NCBI GenBank assembly: GCA_016716965.1
Contig: JADJUP010000026.1
Location: forward strand, 56,604-120,603
DNA: 64,000 bases
Reading direction: 5' to 3'
From: Sulfuritalea sp.
GTDB lineage: Bacteria; Pseudomonadota; Gammaproteobacteria; Burkholderiales; Rhodocyclaceae
This document shows, piece by piece, positions 49,177-58,761 of the stretch; position 1 is the first letter of the stretch, and each line of letters begins with the position of its first letter. The notes below the pieces were generated by a model, which worked only from the letters and a program-made list of their open reading frames with translations, did no database searches and was not told where the DNA came from. The translations under genes were made by a program, and so were the position numbers.

Positions 49177-49375
49177 GTCCCTGGCCGGTCTCCGGGCTTG
49201 GAAGTCTTGGTTCATCGCCTTCCCGGGGTGACCCAGTGGCGTAGTGATGAACCCGCACTTCCTTACCGTTGCGGGGGCAGCGCCGGAATCGAGCCTGTCA
49301 AGGCTCCCACCGGCTTCCCGTTTCACCCGGCATGCAAAGCCATGCGCGGGCACCACGAACGGGCCGGATTATAGC
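49177..49375 (-). ncRNA. Cobalamin (AdoCbl) riboswitch
   Basis: Minus strand: GGTG...GAAACGGGAAGCCGGTG...ATTCCGGCGCTGCCCCCGCAACGGTAAG...GCCACTGG...CCGGGAAGGC...AAGCCCGGAGACCGGCC (B12 box). Confidence 0.92.
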
Positions 49376-49451
49376 AATGCGAAGGTGTTTGGCGAAATTG
49401 CCACGCCATCACACACGGTTGCCGGACCCGGCCGAGGTATCGGGAAAGGAC

Positions 49452-49465
49452 TTGATTCGGGTCAA
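49452..49465 (+). promoter_or_regulatory. FNR/DNR box upstream of nirS
   Basis: TTGAT-TCGG-GTCAA. Confidence 0.8.
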
Positions 49466-49568
49466 GGTTGCGGCAAAACGATGCGCGCATCCTTATAACC
49501 ATAGGGTTCAAAGGGTTGCCAATGCAGCCATGTCGTGTTTTTGGGGGTTCACTCACAAGGAGAGAAGT

Positions 49569-51245
49569 ATGAAAGGGAAGATATTCGGATTTTTTGCTCT
49601 GTCGGTCATGGCCGGCGCAATGGGGACCGCGTTTGCCCAGGAGGCTGCGCCGACGCTGACCGCGGCCGAAAAGGAGACCGCCAAGAAGATTTACTTCGAG
49701 CGTTGTGCCGGTTGCCACGGGGTGCTGCGCAAGGGCGCCACCGGCAAGAACCTCGAGCCGCACTGGACCAAAACGGCGAAGGACGGCAGCAAGACCGAGG
49801 GCGGAACGCTCAAGCTCGGCCAGGGCCGCCTGGAAAAGATCATCGGCTACGGTACCGATGGCGGAATGGTCAACTTCGATGACATCCTGACCAAGGAAGA
49901 AATCGCATTGATGGCGAAATACATCCAGATGACGCCGGATGTGCCGCCCGAGTACAGCTTCAAGGACACCATGGACTCGTGGAAGGTCATCGTCCCGGTC
50001 AAGGATCGTCCGACCAAGCAGATGAACAAGTTCAACCTGAAGAACATGTTCTCGGTGACGCTGCGCGACACCGGCGAGGTGGCCCTGATCGATGGCGACA
50101 CCAAAGACATCCGCAGCATCGTCAAGACCGGCTACGCCGTGCATATCTCGCGCCTTTCGAAGTCCGGCCGCTATGTGTACGTGATCGGCCGCGACGGCCG
50201 CCTGTCGCTGATCGACCTCTGGATGGAGAAGCCCTCCGTGGTTGCCGAACTGAAGATCGGTTTCGACGCCCGCTCGGTAGATACCTCGAAGTTCAAGGGC
50301 TATGACGACAAGTACGCGATCGCCGGTTCCTACTGGCCGCCCCAGTACGTGATCATGGACGGCGACACGCTGAAGCCGCTCAAGGTCGTCAGCACCCGCG
50401 GCATGACCGTGGATGGCGAGTACCACCCCGAGCCGCGCGTGGCCTCGATCGTCTCCTCCGAGATCAAGCCGGAATGGGTGGTGAACATCAAGGAAACCGG
50501 CCAGATCCTGCTGGTGGATTATTCCGACATCAAGAACCTCAAGACCACCACCATCGAGTCCGCCAAGTTCCTGCACGACGGCGGCTGGGATGCCTCGAAG
50601 CGCTACTTCCTGGTTGCGGCCAATGCCTCGAACAAGATCGCCGCGGTCGACACCAAGCTCGGCAAGCTGGCTGCCTTGATCGACACCGCCAAGATCCCGC
50701 ACCCGGGCCGCGGCGCCAACTTCATGCATCCGAAGTTCGGTCCGGTCTGGGCCACGGGCCACCTCGGCGCCGATGTCGTGACGCTGATCAGCACGCCTTC
50801 GGACAAGAAGGAGCATGCCAAGTACAAGGAGTTCAACTGGAAGGTGGTCCAGGAAATGAAGCACGTTCCCGGCAACCTGTTCGTCAAGACCCATCCGAAG
50901 TCCAAGCATTTCTGGGCCGATGCGCCGCAGAACCCGGACAAGGACCTGGCCGAATCCGTCGCCGTGTGGAGCATGTCGGATCTGTCCAAGCCCAAGGCTG
51001 TGCTGAACGTGGCGAAGGATTCCGGCCTGCCGCCGACCAAGGCGACCAAGCGTGCCGTGCATCCGGAATACAGCGCCGACGGCAAGGAAGTCTGGATCTC
51101 CTTGTGGGGTGGCAAGACCGACCAGTCGGCGATCGTGGTGTATGACGATGCGACGTTGAAGGTAAAGAAGGTGATCACCGATCCGAAGATGATCACGCCG
51201 ACCGGCAAGTTCAACGTCTACAACACGCAGCACGATATCTACTGA
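49569..51245 (+). CDS. nirS: Cytochrome cd1 nitrite reductase
   Basis: Signal peptide, CAGCHGVLRKGATG, GYAVHISR, FLHDGGWD, PTGKFNV. Confidence 0.97.
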   Translation: MKGKIFGFFALSVMAGAMGTAFAQEAAPTLTAAEKETAKKIYFERCAGCHGVLRKGATGKNLEPHWTKTAKDGSKTEGGTLKLGQGRLEKIIGYGTDGGMVNFDDILTKEEIALMAKYIQMTPDVPPEYSFKDTMDSWKVIVPVKDRPTKQMNKFNLKNMFSVTLRDTGEVALIDGDTKDIRSIVKTGYAVHISRLSKSGRYVYVIGRDGRLSLIDLWMEKPSVVAELKIGFDARSVDTSKFKGYDDKYAIAGSYWPPQYVIMDGDTLKPLKVVSTRGMTVDGEYHPEPRVASIVSSEIKPEWVVNIKETGQILLVDYSDIKNLKTTTIESAKFLHDGGWDASKRYFLVAANASNKIAAVDTKLGKLAALIDTAKIPHPGRGANFMHPKFGPVWATGHLGADVVTLISTPSDKKEHAKYKEFNWKVVQEMKHVPGNLFVKTHPKSKHFWADAPQNPDKDLAESVAVWSMSDLSKPKAVLNVAKDSGLPPTKATKRAVHPEYSADGKEVWISLWGGKTDQSAIVVYDDATLKVKKVITDPKMITPTGKFNVYNTQHDIY

Positions 51246-51279
51246 GAAAACGATCGAAACTTGATCGGCGGCAAGGAGA

Positions 51280-51295
51280 GGGGGCGAAAGCCCCC
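51280..51295 (+). terminator. Hairpin after nirS (terminator or mRNA stabiliser)
   Basis: GGGGGC-GAAA-GCCCCC, short T run. Confidence 0.5.
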
Positions 51296-51340
51296 TTATC
51301 CTGTGTGGCATCAGGGTAATTCAGGGAAAAGGGTGGTTTC

Positions 51341-51928
51341 ATGGATACGCAAAAGAACGGATTTCTCGCCATGCTGCGGCGGCCGAGTGCCAAGTATTCG
51401 TTGTTGAGTCTTCTGGTCGTCGGCTTCTTCTCCGGCATCTTTTTCTGGGGTGGCTTCAATACCGGCATGGAAGCCACCAACACGATGGAGTTCTGCATCG
51501 GTTGCCACGAGATGCGCGACAACGTGTATGTCGAATACAAGAAGACCATTCACTACACCAACCGCACCGGCGTGCGTGCCACCTGTTCCGACTGCCATGT
51601 GCCGAAGGACTGGACGCACAAGATGGTCCGCAAGATCCAGGCGAGCAAGGAAGTCTGGGGCAAGATCACCGGCGTCATCGATACGCCGGAGAAGTTCGCG
51701 GCGCATCGATTGCAGATGGCCGAAAGCGAATGGGCGCGGATGAAGGCCAACGACTCGCGCGAATGTCGCAACTGCCACAGCTTCGATGCCATGGATATCG
51801 AGAAGCAGAAGCTGCGCGGATCGAAGATGCACAAGATCGGCATCGAAGAGAAGAAAACCTGCATCGACTGCCACAAGGGCATCGCCCACACCAAGCCCAA
51901 GGGCATGAAGGAAGACGACGACGAGTGA
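51341..51928 (+). CDS. nirT: NapC/NirT tetraheme quinol dehydrogenase
   Basis: TM helix; CIGCH, CSDCH, CRNCH, CIDCH. Confidence 0.93.
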   Translation: MDTQKNGFLAMLRRPSAKYSLLSLLVVGFFSGIFFWGGFNTGMEATNTMEFCIGCHEMRDNVYVEYKKTIHYTNRTGVRATCSDCHVPKDWTHKMVRKIQASKEVWGKITGVIDTPEKFAAHRLQMAESEWARMKANDSRECRNCHSFDAMDIEKQKLRGSKMHKIGIEEKKTCIDCHKGIAHTKPKGMKEDDDE

Positions 51929-51975
51929 GTCGTCGAGCACGTCACGTTCAATTCCGCATTCGAAAGGAGCAGCAC

Positions 51976-52800
51976 ATGAGCAAGTCCATCGTATCCACCG
52001 CCGTCGCCGGCGTCCTGCTGGCCCTGGGTTCCCATGCGGCGATCGCCGCTCCTGACTGGGGCAAGGTGCCCAAACGCGACGTGCATGTGTTCCACCCCGG
52101 CGTGACGCCCATCGAATGGGCGACAAAGAAGTCTGACCATAGCGGCACCGCCGGCATGAAGAAGGGCGAGACCTGCGTCGGCTGCCACGAGGAAAAGGGC
52201 GCGCTGAACTTCAACTTCAAGCGTCTGGCCGACAAGGAACTGGAGCCCAAGGGTGCGCCCAAGACCATGACTTTCCCGGTCGGTGTGCAGGCCGCCTACG
52301 ACGCCGCCAACCTTTACATCCGCCTCACCTTCAAGGCGCCGTCCGGTGGCGCCGACAAGGGCGACAAGGACAACGAGGTCAAGGCCACGCTGCTGTTCGC
52401 CGACGCCAAGGTGCCGCAGGCCGACCAGTATGGCTGCTGGCAGAGCTGCCACGCCGATGCCCGCACCATGCCCGGCGCCGACGACAAGAAATCGAAGTAC
52501 GTGACGGCCGGTGCCTATGAACTGGTGCAGTGGGCCAGCAAGGGCAACAAGGTTTCCGACGGCAGTGTTGGCGCCGAGCGCAAGATGAGCGGCGGCGCTA
52601 CCGGCGCCAAGGCGGAAGCCAGCAAGAGCGGCGATACCTACACGGTCACCTTCACCCGCAAGAATCCGGGCGAAGGCAAGAGCGTGCCTTTCGGCATCGC
52701 AATCCATGCCGACAACTCGCATGGCCGCTTCCATCATGTATCGCTGGGCTACAAGCTGGGGATCGGTGCCGACGGCGACGTGAAGGCGACCAAGCAGTAA
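51976..52800 (+). CDS. nirB: Diheme cytochrome c552 (NirB)
   Basis: Signal peptide; CVGCH and CWQSCH; position after nirT. Confidence 0.82.
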   Translation: MSKSIVSTAVAGVLLALGSHAAIAAPDWGKVPKRDVHVFHPGVTPIEWATKKSDHSGTAGMKKGETCVGCHEEKGALNFNFKRLADKELEPKGAPKTMTFPVGVQAAYDAANLYIRLTFKAPSGGADKGDKDNEVKATLLFADAKVPQADQYGCWQSCHADARTMPGADDKKSKYVTAGAYELVQWASKGNKVSDGSVGAERKMSGGATGAKAEASKSGDTYTVTFTRKNPGEGKSVPFGIAIHADNSHGRFHHVSLGYKLGIGADGDVKATKQ

Positions 52801-52816
52801 GGCGCCAGGTTCGCAA

Positions 52817-53149
52817 ATGTCGTTCGCCGGCCGCCTCGCGAAACCAGTGCCGGGCCTCCTGGCACTGGTGTTTGCATGCACTGTTCTCGCCCAGCAGACG
52901 GTCGAGGTGAAGATCCAGGACTACAAGTTCCTGCCGGCCGAAGTTCGCATCAAGGCTGGCGACACGGTGAAGTGGATCAACATGGAAAAGCGCACCAGCC
53001 ACTCGGTGCTGTTCCCTGCCGAAAACGGACTCGAATCCGAGCGCATGTTTCCCGGCGAGCACTGGTCGCGGACCTTCACCGCACGCGGCAGCCATGCCTA
53101 TCGCTGCGGCCCGCACGAGGAAATGAAGGGGATGGTCCATGTCGACTAG
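52817..53149 (+). CDS. Type-1 copper cupredoxin
   Basis: Signal peptide; SHSV and CGPHEEM give the H-C-H-M ligand set. Confidence 0.88.
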   Translation: MSFAGRLAKPVPGLLALVFACTVLAQQTVEVKIQDYKFLPAEVRIKAGDTVKWINMEKRTSHSVLFPAENGLESERMFPGEHWSRTFTARGSHAYRCGPHEEMKGMVHVD

Positions 53150-53471
53150 GCGTCGCCCCATCGTCGTCGTGCTGACGCTGCTGCTGGCGGGTAGCGCTGT
53201 CGTGGCCTTGGCCGAGCCGACGCCGGCGCGGCAGAAGGAACTGATCCACCTGGTGCGCCAGGATTGCGGCTCCTGCCACGGCATGACCCTGCAGGGGGGG
53301 CTTGGCCCGGCCCTGCTGCCGGCGACGCTGGCCGAGAAGCCGGCCGAAAGCCTGGTGGCGACCATCATCGGCGGCCGTCCGGGCACGGCGATGCCGCCCT
53401 GGCATCGCTTTCTCGGCGAGGACGACGCGCAATGGATCGTCGCCCGCCTGATGGAAGGCTTCCCGAAATGA
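53139..53471 (+). CDS. nirC: Cytochrome c55X NirC
   Basis: RQDCGSCHGMTLQGGLGP, GRPGTAMPPW. Confidence 0.92.
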   Translation: MSTRRRPIVVVLTLLLAGSAVVALAEPTPARQKELIHLVRQDCGSCHGMTLQGGLGPALLPATLAEKPAESLVATIIGGRPGTAMPPWHRFLGEDDAQWIVARLMEGFPK

Positions 53472-54670
53472 AGCATCCGCTGCAATCGCTGTTGCTCGGT
53501 TGTGCGCTGGTCGTACTTGCCGCATGCGGCACGGTGCCCCTGCGCGAAAGCGGGAGTGCCGTGCAGTTGCGCGGCACGGGCGACCTCGGCCTGGTCATCG
53601 AGCGCGCCAGCGGCCATGTCACGCTGGTGAATACCTCCAGCCGCGAGGCCTACGCGCGCATCGGCGGCCTCGGCGACCTGTCGCATGCCTCGGTGGTGTA
53701 TTCGCGCGATGCGCGTTATGCCTACGTCTTCGGCCGCGACGGCGGCCTGACCAAGCTCGACCTGCTCGAGGCGCGCATCGTCAAGCGCGTGATGCAGTCG
53801 GGCAACGCGATAGGCGGTTCAATCTCGCAGGACGGGCGCATCGTCGTGGCGCAGAATTACACGCCGGGCGGCATCAAGGCCTTCGATGCGGACACGCTGG
53901 AGCTGCTCTCCGAAGTGCCGGCCGAGTATGCGCCGGGCAAGTTCTCCAAGGTGGTGGGGCTGGCCGACGTGCCGGGCAACAAATTCGCCTACGCGCTGTT
54001 CGATGGCGGCGAGATCTGGGTCAGCGATTTCTCGGATCCGAAGAAGCCCGTCACGCAGCGCTTCCAGGCAGGCCAGCAGCCCTATGACGGCCTGGTGACG
54101 CCCAACGGTCGCCACTACCTTGCCGGGCTGTTCGGCGAGGACGGCATCGCGCTGCTCGACTTGTGGCAACCGGGAAAGGGCTCGCGCAAGATCCTCGAAA
54201 AATACGGCCGTGGCGAGGAGAAGCTGCCGGTGTTCAAGATGCCGCACCTGCGCGGCTGGTCTGTCGCTGCAGGCCGCGCCTGGCTGCCGGCGATCGGTCG
54301 CCACGAAGTGCTGGTTGCCGATGCCACGACCTGGAAGGAAACCGGCCGTGTCGCGGTCAGGGGCCAGCCGGTGTTCGTCATGGCCAGCCCCGACGGGCGC
54401 CAGATCTGGGTGAACTTCGCCTTCCCCGACAACGGCTGGGTGCAGGTGATCGACACCCTCACCGGACAGGTGGTGCAGACGCTGCAGCCGGGCAAGGCGG
54501 TGCTGCACATGGAGTTCACGCCGCGCGGCGAGGCGGTCTGGATTTCCGCCCGCGATGACAACCGCGTTCTGATCTACGACACGCGGACCTTCCGCCAGCT
54601 CGGCAGCCTCCCTGCCGAAGCGCCTTCCGGCATTTTCTTCACCAGCCGTGCCGCACGCATAGGATTCTGA
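53468..54670 (+). CDS. nirF: Heme d1 biosynthesis lipoprotein NirF
   Basis: Lipobox LAAC; RGTGDLG, DLSHAS, FGRDGG, KMPHL, PSGIFF. Confidence 0.93.
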   Translation: MKHPLQSLLLGCALVVLAACGTVPLRESGSAVQLRGTGDLGLVIERASGHVTLVNTSSREAYARIGGLGDLSHASVVYSRDARYAYVFGRDGGLTKLDLLEARIVKRVMQSGNAIGGSISQDGRIVVAQNYTPGGIKAFDADTLELLSEVPAEYAPGKFSKVVGLADVPGNKFAYALFDGGEIWVSDFSDPKKPVTQRFQAGQQPYDGLVTPNGRHYLAGLFGEDGIALLDLWQPGKGSRKILEKYGRGEEKLPVFKMPHLRGWSVAAGRAWLPAIGRHEVLVADATTWKETGRVAVRGQPVFVMASPDGRQIWVNFAFPDNGWVQVIDTLTGQVVQTLQPGKAVLHMEFTPRGEAVWISARDDNRVLIYDTRTFRQLGSLPAEAPSGIFFTSRAARIGF

Positions 54671-54672
54671 CC

Positions 54673-55680
54673 ATGGACTCACCCTACTCGCCGCTCGAAT
54701 ATGCGCTGCTCAACGCCTGGCAGCGCGACTTTCCGATCGTCGCGCATCCGTTTGCCGAAGTCGGACTGAAAGTCGGCGCTGACGAAACGGCGGTTCTGGC
54801 GACGCTGCGGCGCCTGCAGGCACGCGGTGCGATCAGCCGTGTCGGCGCCGTGTTTGCGCCGCGCCGCGTCGGCGCCTCGACGCTGGCCGCACTTGCGGCG
54901 CCCGAAGACCGTATCGAGGCAATCGCCGCGCTGGTCAGTGCGCGGCCTGAAGTGAACCACAACTACCAGCGCGAGCACCGCTACAACCTCTGGTTCGTCG
55001 CCACCGCGGCCGACCAGGCGACGCTGAAGGCCGTGCTGGCAGGGATCGAACATGACACCGGCTGTCCGGTTATCGCATTGCCGCTGGAAAACGAATTCCA
55101 CATCGACCTCGGCTTCGACCTCGCCTCCGGCCACAAGTCCGTCGCACCGGTCGCCAGCGTTTCGGCACGCCAGCCGGACGACGAGGAAAAGCGCCTGATC
55201 GCCGCGTTGCAGCCAGGACTGGAGATCATGCCGCGACCCTTCCGCCAGCTGGGCGAAACCCTGTTCATGGAAGAGGACGAGGTGCTGGCGCGCATCACCG
55301 GCATGGTCCAGGACGGCATGATCAAGCGCTTTGGCGTGGTCGTGCGACACCACGAGCTGGGCTATCGGTCAAATGCCATGGTGGTGTTCGACCTGCCCGA
55401 CGGCGTGGTCGACGGCATCGGTGCAAGGCTTGCGGCCGAGCCCGGCGTCACCTTGTGCTACCGGCGCCGGCGCAGCCTGCCCGACTGGCCCTACAACCTT
55501 TACTGCATGGTGCATGGCCGTTCGCGTGCAGAGGCGCAGCCCGTGATCGATCGCCTCGCCAGCATCGCCGGAGCACCGGCGATGGCACTGTTCTCGACGC
55601 GGCGTTTCAAGCAGTGCGGTGCGCGCTATTTTTCCGACCAGGTGGCGGATCGTCGCCTGGTCGAGCCCGGCCATGCCTGA
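54673..55680 (+). CDS. nirD: Fused NirD-NirL siroheme decarboxylase subunits
   Basis: Two Lrp/AsnC-like modules (NHNYQREHRYNLWF; YRRRRSLPDWPYNLYCMVHG). Confidence 0.88.
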   Translation: MDSPYSPLEYALLNAWQRDFPIVAHPFAEVGLKVGADETAVLATLRRLQARGAISRVGAVFAPRRVGASTLAALAAPEDRIEAIAALVSARPEVNHNYQREHRYNLWFVATAADQATLKAVLAGIEHDTGCPVIALPLENEFHIDLGFDLASGHKSVAPVASVSARQPDDEEKRLIAALQPGLEIMPRPFRQLGETLFMEEDEVLARITGMVQDGMIKRFGVVVRHHELGYRSNAMVVFDLPDGVVDGIGARLAAEPGVTLCYRRRRSLPDWPYNLYCMVHGRSRAEAQPVIDRLASIAGAPAMALFSTRRFKQCGARYFSDQVADRRLVEPGHA

Positions 55681-56146
55681 TCGTTCCGGCGCGGCGGCGG
55701 CGCCCGACGCGACCGACCGCCGCATCATCAACGCCCTGCAAGGGGATTTTCCGCTGGTGACCGAGCCCTATCGTCAGGTTGCCGACGGACTGGGTCTGAG
55801 CGAAGCGGAATTATTGCAACGGATCGACGCCATGCTCGAACGCAAGGTGCTGACGCGCTTCGGGCCGATGTTCCAGATCGAGCGTGCCGGCGGCGCGTTT
55901 GTCCTGGCGGCGATGAAGGTGCCGGAGGCGGACTTCGATCGTGTCGCGGCGCAGGTCAATGCCTTCCCCGAAGTGGCGCACAACTACCGCCGTGACCATG
56001 CGCTCAACATGTGGTTCGTGCTTGCCACGGCCACACCCGAGGGCATCGCCGCGGCCGTGGCCGCCATCGAGGCCGCCACCGGGCTGCCGGTGTTTCCCTT
56101 TCCCAAGGAACGCGAATACTTCGTGGAGATGAAACTCCATGCCTGA
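55673..56146 (+). CDS. nirG: Siroheme decarboxylase subunit NirG
   Basis: RFGPMFQIERAGG, VAHNYRRDHALNMWFV. Confidence 0.9.
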   Translation: MPDRSGAAAAPDATDRRIINALQGDFPLVTEPYRQVADGLGLSEAELLQRIDAMLERKVLTRFGPMFQIERAGGAFVLAAMKVPEADFDRVAAQVNAFPEVAHNYRRDHALNMWFVLATATPEGIAAAVAAIEAATGLPVFPFPKEREYFVEMKLHA

Positions 56147-56636
56147 TGCGGTCAAGACCGGACTCGATGCCCTCGACCGGCGCCTGATCGTCGCCACGCA
56201 GGGCGGCCTGCCGCGCGTGTCGCGGCCCTTCGATGCCATCGGCAAAGAACTCGGCATCGGTGGCGATGAAGTCATTGTCCGCCTGCAGCACATGCTGGAC
56301 ACCGGCGTGATCCGCCGCATCGGTGCCGTGCCCAACCACTACGCGATCGGCTATACCGCCAATGGAATGTCGGTGTGGGATGTCGACGATGCCCGCATCG
56401 ACGAGCTGGGCGCGCTGGTCGGCGCGTTGGGTTTCGTCACCCATTGTTACCGCCGCCCGCGTCGTTTGCCGGACTGGCCCTACAACCTGTTCGCCATGGT
56501 GCACAGCCAGACCCGCGACGAGGTTGCCGCCCGCGTCGCCGAGATCGCGTTTCTTTTGGGCGATGCCTGCCGGGCGCATGACATCCTCTACAGCACGGCG
56601 ATCCTGAAGAAGACCGGCCTGCGGATTTCCGGCTGA
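56139..56636 (+). CDS. nirH: Siroheme decarboxylase subunit NirH
   Basis: VPNHYAIGYTANGM, THCYRRPRRLPDWPYNLFAM, ILKKTGLR. Confidence 0.92.
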   Translation: MPDAVKTGLDALDRRLIVATQGGLPRVSRPFDAIGKELGIGGDEVIVRLQHMLDTGVIRRIGAVPNHYAIGYTANGMSVWDVDDARIDELGALVGALGFVTHCYRRPRRLPDWPYNLFAMVHSQTRDEVAARVAEIAFLLGDACRAHDILYSTAILKKTGLRISG

Positions 56637-56749
56637 GGTTGTTGTGGAACGCCAGGATGGGTCGCTGGCGATATCGAGCGCAGAGAGCCGGATAGCAGGC
56701 TCCCCGCGAGGAGAGGATGACAGGGGCCCTATATGCTGCGCTTCGATTC

Positions 56750-57400
56750 CTACTGTTGTTCCTGCAGCGTGGTGACGTAGGCCAGGATGTCCTGCAGGTC
56801 GTCTTCCTTCAGCTTGTCCAGGAGTCCGCCAACGGCTTCCTCGTCGTGGGGCCGTTCGCCCTTGATGTATTTCTCCATCTGCCGCTTGAGGTAGCTGGTG
56901 TACTGCCCCGTCAGCATCGGGAACATGCCCCGGCCCATGCCGGTCTTGCCGTGACAGGTAACGCATTGCTTCTGGTAGAGCGCTTCGCCGTTGGCGAGAT
57001 TGCCGGGCACGCGCGGAATGATCATGACGCGTTCGGTCATGGTCAGGCGGGTCAGGGCGTCGTCGCTTTCCTTGAACACAGGCCATTTCGTCGGCAAGTC
57101 GATCGACGCCAGGTAGGCCGCGACGTCCTTGATGTCCTCGTCGGGCAGTTCGCGTTCCTGGGTGTAGGGATACATCGGGATGTTCACGCGCGTGCGGGCG
57201 CGGAACGCCTTGAGTTGTGATTCGAGATACTTGGCGCTTTGCCCCGCCAGGCGCGGGTACTCCCCACGAGATCCACCCTGGCCCAGTTCGCCGTGGCAGC
57301 CGGCGCAGGTGCTGTTGATCTCCTTGCCTTTCTCCAGGTTCTGCGCGTGGGCATACCCGCCCAGGGCGAGCAGCAACAGCAACAGCAGGCATCGCTTCAT
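56750..57400 (-). CDS. Diheme cytochrome c4-like protein
   Basis: Signal peptide; CAGCH and CVTCH; YPRLAGQ. Confidence 0.88.
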   Translation of the reverse strand: MKRCLLLLLLLALGGYAHAQNLEKGKEINSTCAGCHGELGQGGSRGEYPRLAGQSAKYLESQLKAFRARTRVNIPMYPYTQERELPDEDIKDVAAYLASIDLPTKWPVFKESDDALTRLTMTERVMIIPRVPGNLANGEALYQKQCVTCHGKTGMGRGMFPMLTGQYTSYLKRQMEKYIKGERPHDEEAVGGLLDKLKEDDLQDILAYVTTLQEQQ

Positions 57401-57425
57401 CGTGTTCCATCCATTGCAGGGTGAT

Positions 57426-57440
57426 GCGACCGATTGTCGC
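57426..57440. promoter_or_regulatory. RegA/RegR-type box between the c4 gene and regB
   Basis: GCGAC-CGATT-GTCGC. Confidence 0.55.
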
Positions 57441-57486
57441 AGACCGATGGCGCACTTTTCCTTGATCTGTGTCGGATAATCCGCGC

Positions 57487-58761
57487 ATGCCCGCATTCCC
57501 AGTCGCCGACGCCGGTGCCAACCTCTACCTCGACCAGCGCCGCAGCATCCTGTTGCGCTGGTGGTTGTTGCTGGCGGCGGCGATCGCCGTGTCGTCAGCG
57601 CCGACTATGCTCGGGCTGGGGCTGCCGCTTCTGCCCATGCTGGCCGTGCTGGTGGCGCTGGCGGGATTCAATGCCTGGCTGCAGTGGCGCTCGCCGCCGG
57701 CGTCGGTGTCGGCCGCCGAACTGTTTGGCCAGCTCTGCGTCGACCTGACGGCTCTGACGGTCCTGCTCTACCTTTCCGGCGGCGCCGCCAATCCGCTGAT
57801 CTCCCTGCTGCTGATTCCGGTCGCGGTGGCCGCGCTGTCGCTGCCGGGGCGGCTGACGGCCGCGGTGACGCTCCTGGCGGTGCTGGCCTACTCGATGCTG
57901 ACCGGGGTCTACCTGCCGCTCGCCATCGACGACGTCGAACGTGCCGCGCGACTCCATCTGGCCGGCATGTGGCTGACCTTCGTGGTGTCGGCGGCGATGA
58001 TCGCCTGGTTCGTCGCACGCATGACGGCATCGATCCGCGAACGCGACAGCCGGCTTGCCGCCGCGCGCGAGCAGGCCCTGCGCGACGAGCGCGTGGTGGC
58101 ACTGGGGGCGCTGGCGGCGGGCGCCGCGCACGAACTGGGCACGCCGCTGGCGACCATCGCGGTACTGGTCGGCGAACTGGAGCGCGATGCTTCGATCGAT
58201 GCCGATGCGCGCACCGACCTCGCACTGGTGCGCGAGCAGGTCGCGCTATGCAAGGGCATCATCAGCGGCATGGCGCAACGCAGCGGCGCGGCGCGCGCGG
58301 AATCGCTTCGGGCGCTGGATGCTGCTGCCTGGCTGCGCGGTGTCCTGGCGCGCTGGCAGGCGATGCGGCCACGGGCCAGTGCGGCCATTCAGATCGCGGG
58401 TCGCGGCGAGGTGCCGCGCCAGGCTTTCGATCCGGCCCTGGAGCAGGCCGTCGGCAACCTGCTCAACAACGCGGCCGACGCCGCTGCCGGGACTATTCGC
58501 GTCGAACTGGACTGGGACGACGTTTGGCTCCGGCTGACGATCAGCGATGACGGGCAGGGGTTCGCCGCGGAGGTGCTGCGTCGCGGCGGCCGGGAGGCGC
58601 TGCCGGCCAGCCATGGCGGCGCCGGAATCGGCCTGCTGCTGGCCTTCTCGGCGGTGGAACGTGGTGGTGGCCGCATTTTGCTGGACAACCCGCCCGGCGG
58701 CGGCGCGCGGGCACGCATCGAGCTGCCGAGGGCGGACAACACGGAGACGGCAAGCACATGA
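57487..58761 (+). CDS. regB: Redox sensor kinase RegB/PrrB family
   Basis: GGAANPL (GGxxNPF variant), AAHELGTPL, Cys in REQVALCKGII. Confidence 0.85.
   Translation: MPAFPVADAGANLYLDQRRSILLRWWLLLAAAIAVSSAPTMLGLGLPLLPMLAVLVALAGFNAWLQWRSPPASVSAAELFGQLCVDLTALTVLLYLSGGAANPLISLLLIPVAVAALSLPGRLTAAVTLLAVLAYSMLTGVYLPLAIDDVERAARLHLAGMWLTFVVSAAMIAWFVARMTASIRERDSRLAAAREQALRDERVVALGALAAGAAHELGTPLATIAVLVGELERDASIDADARTDLALVREQVALCKGIISGMAQRSGAARAESLRALDAAAWLRGVLARWQAMRPRASAAIQIAGRGEVPRQAFDPALEQAVGNLLNNAADAAAGTIRVELDWDDVWLRLTISDDGQGFAAEVLRRGGREALPASHGGAGIGLLLAFSAVERGGGRILLDNPPGGGARARIELPRADNTETAST

Noticed and set aside
49470-49484. RegA-like site GCGGC-AAAAC-GATGC in the nirS promoter
   Set aside because: Two mismatches in the right half; too weak to call
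57462-57476. TTGAT-CTGT-GTCGG FNR-like site before regB
   Set aside because: Right half-site is poor
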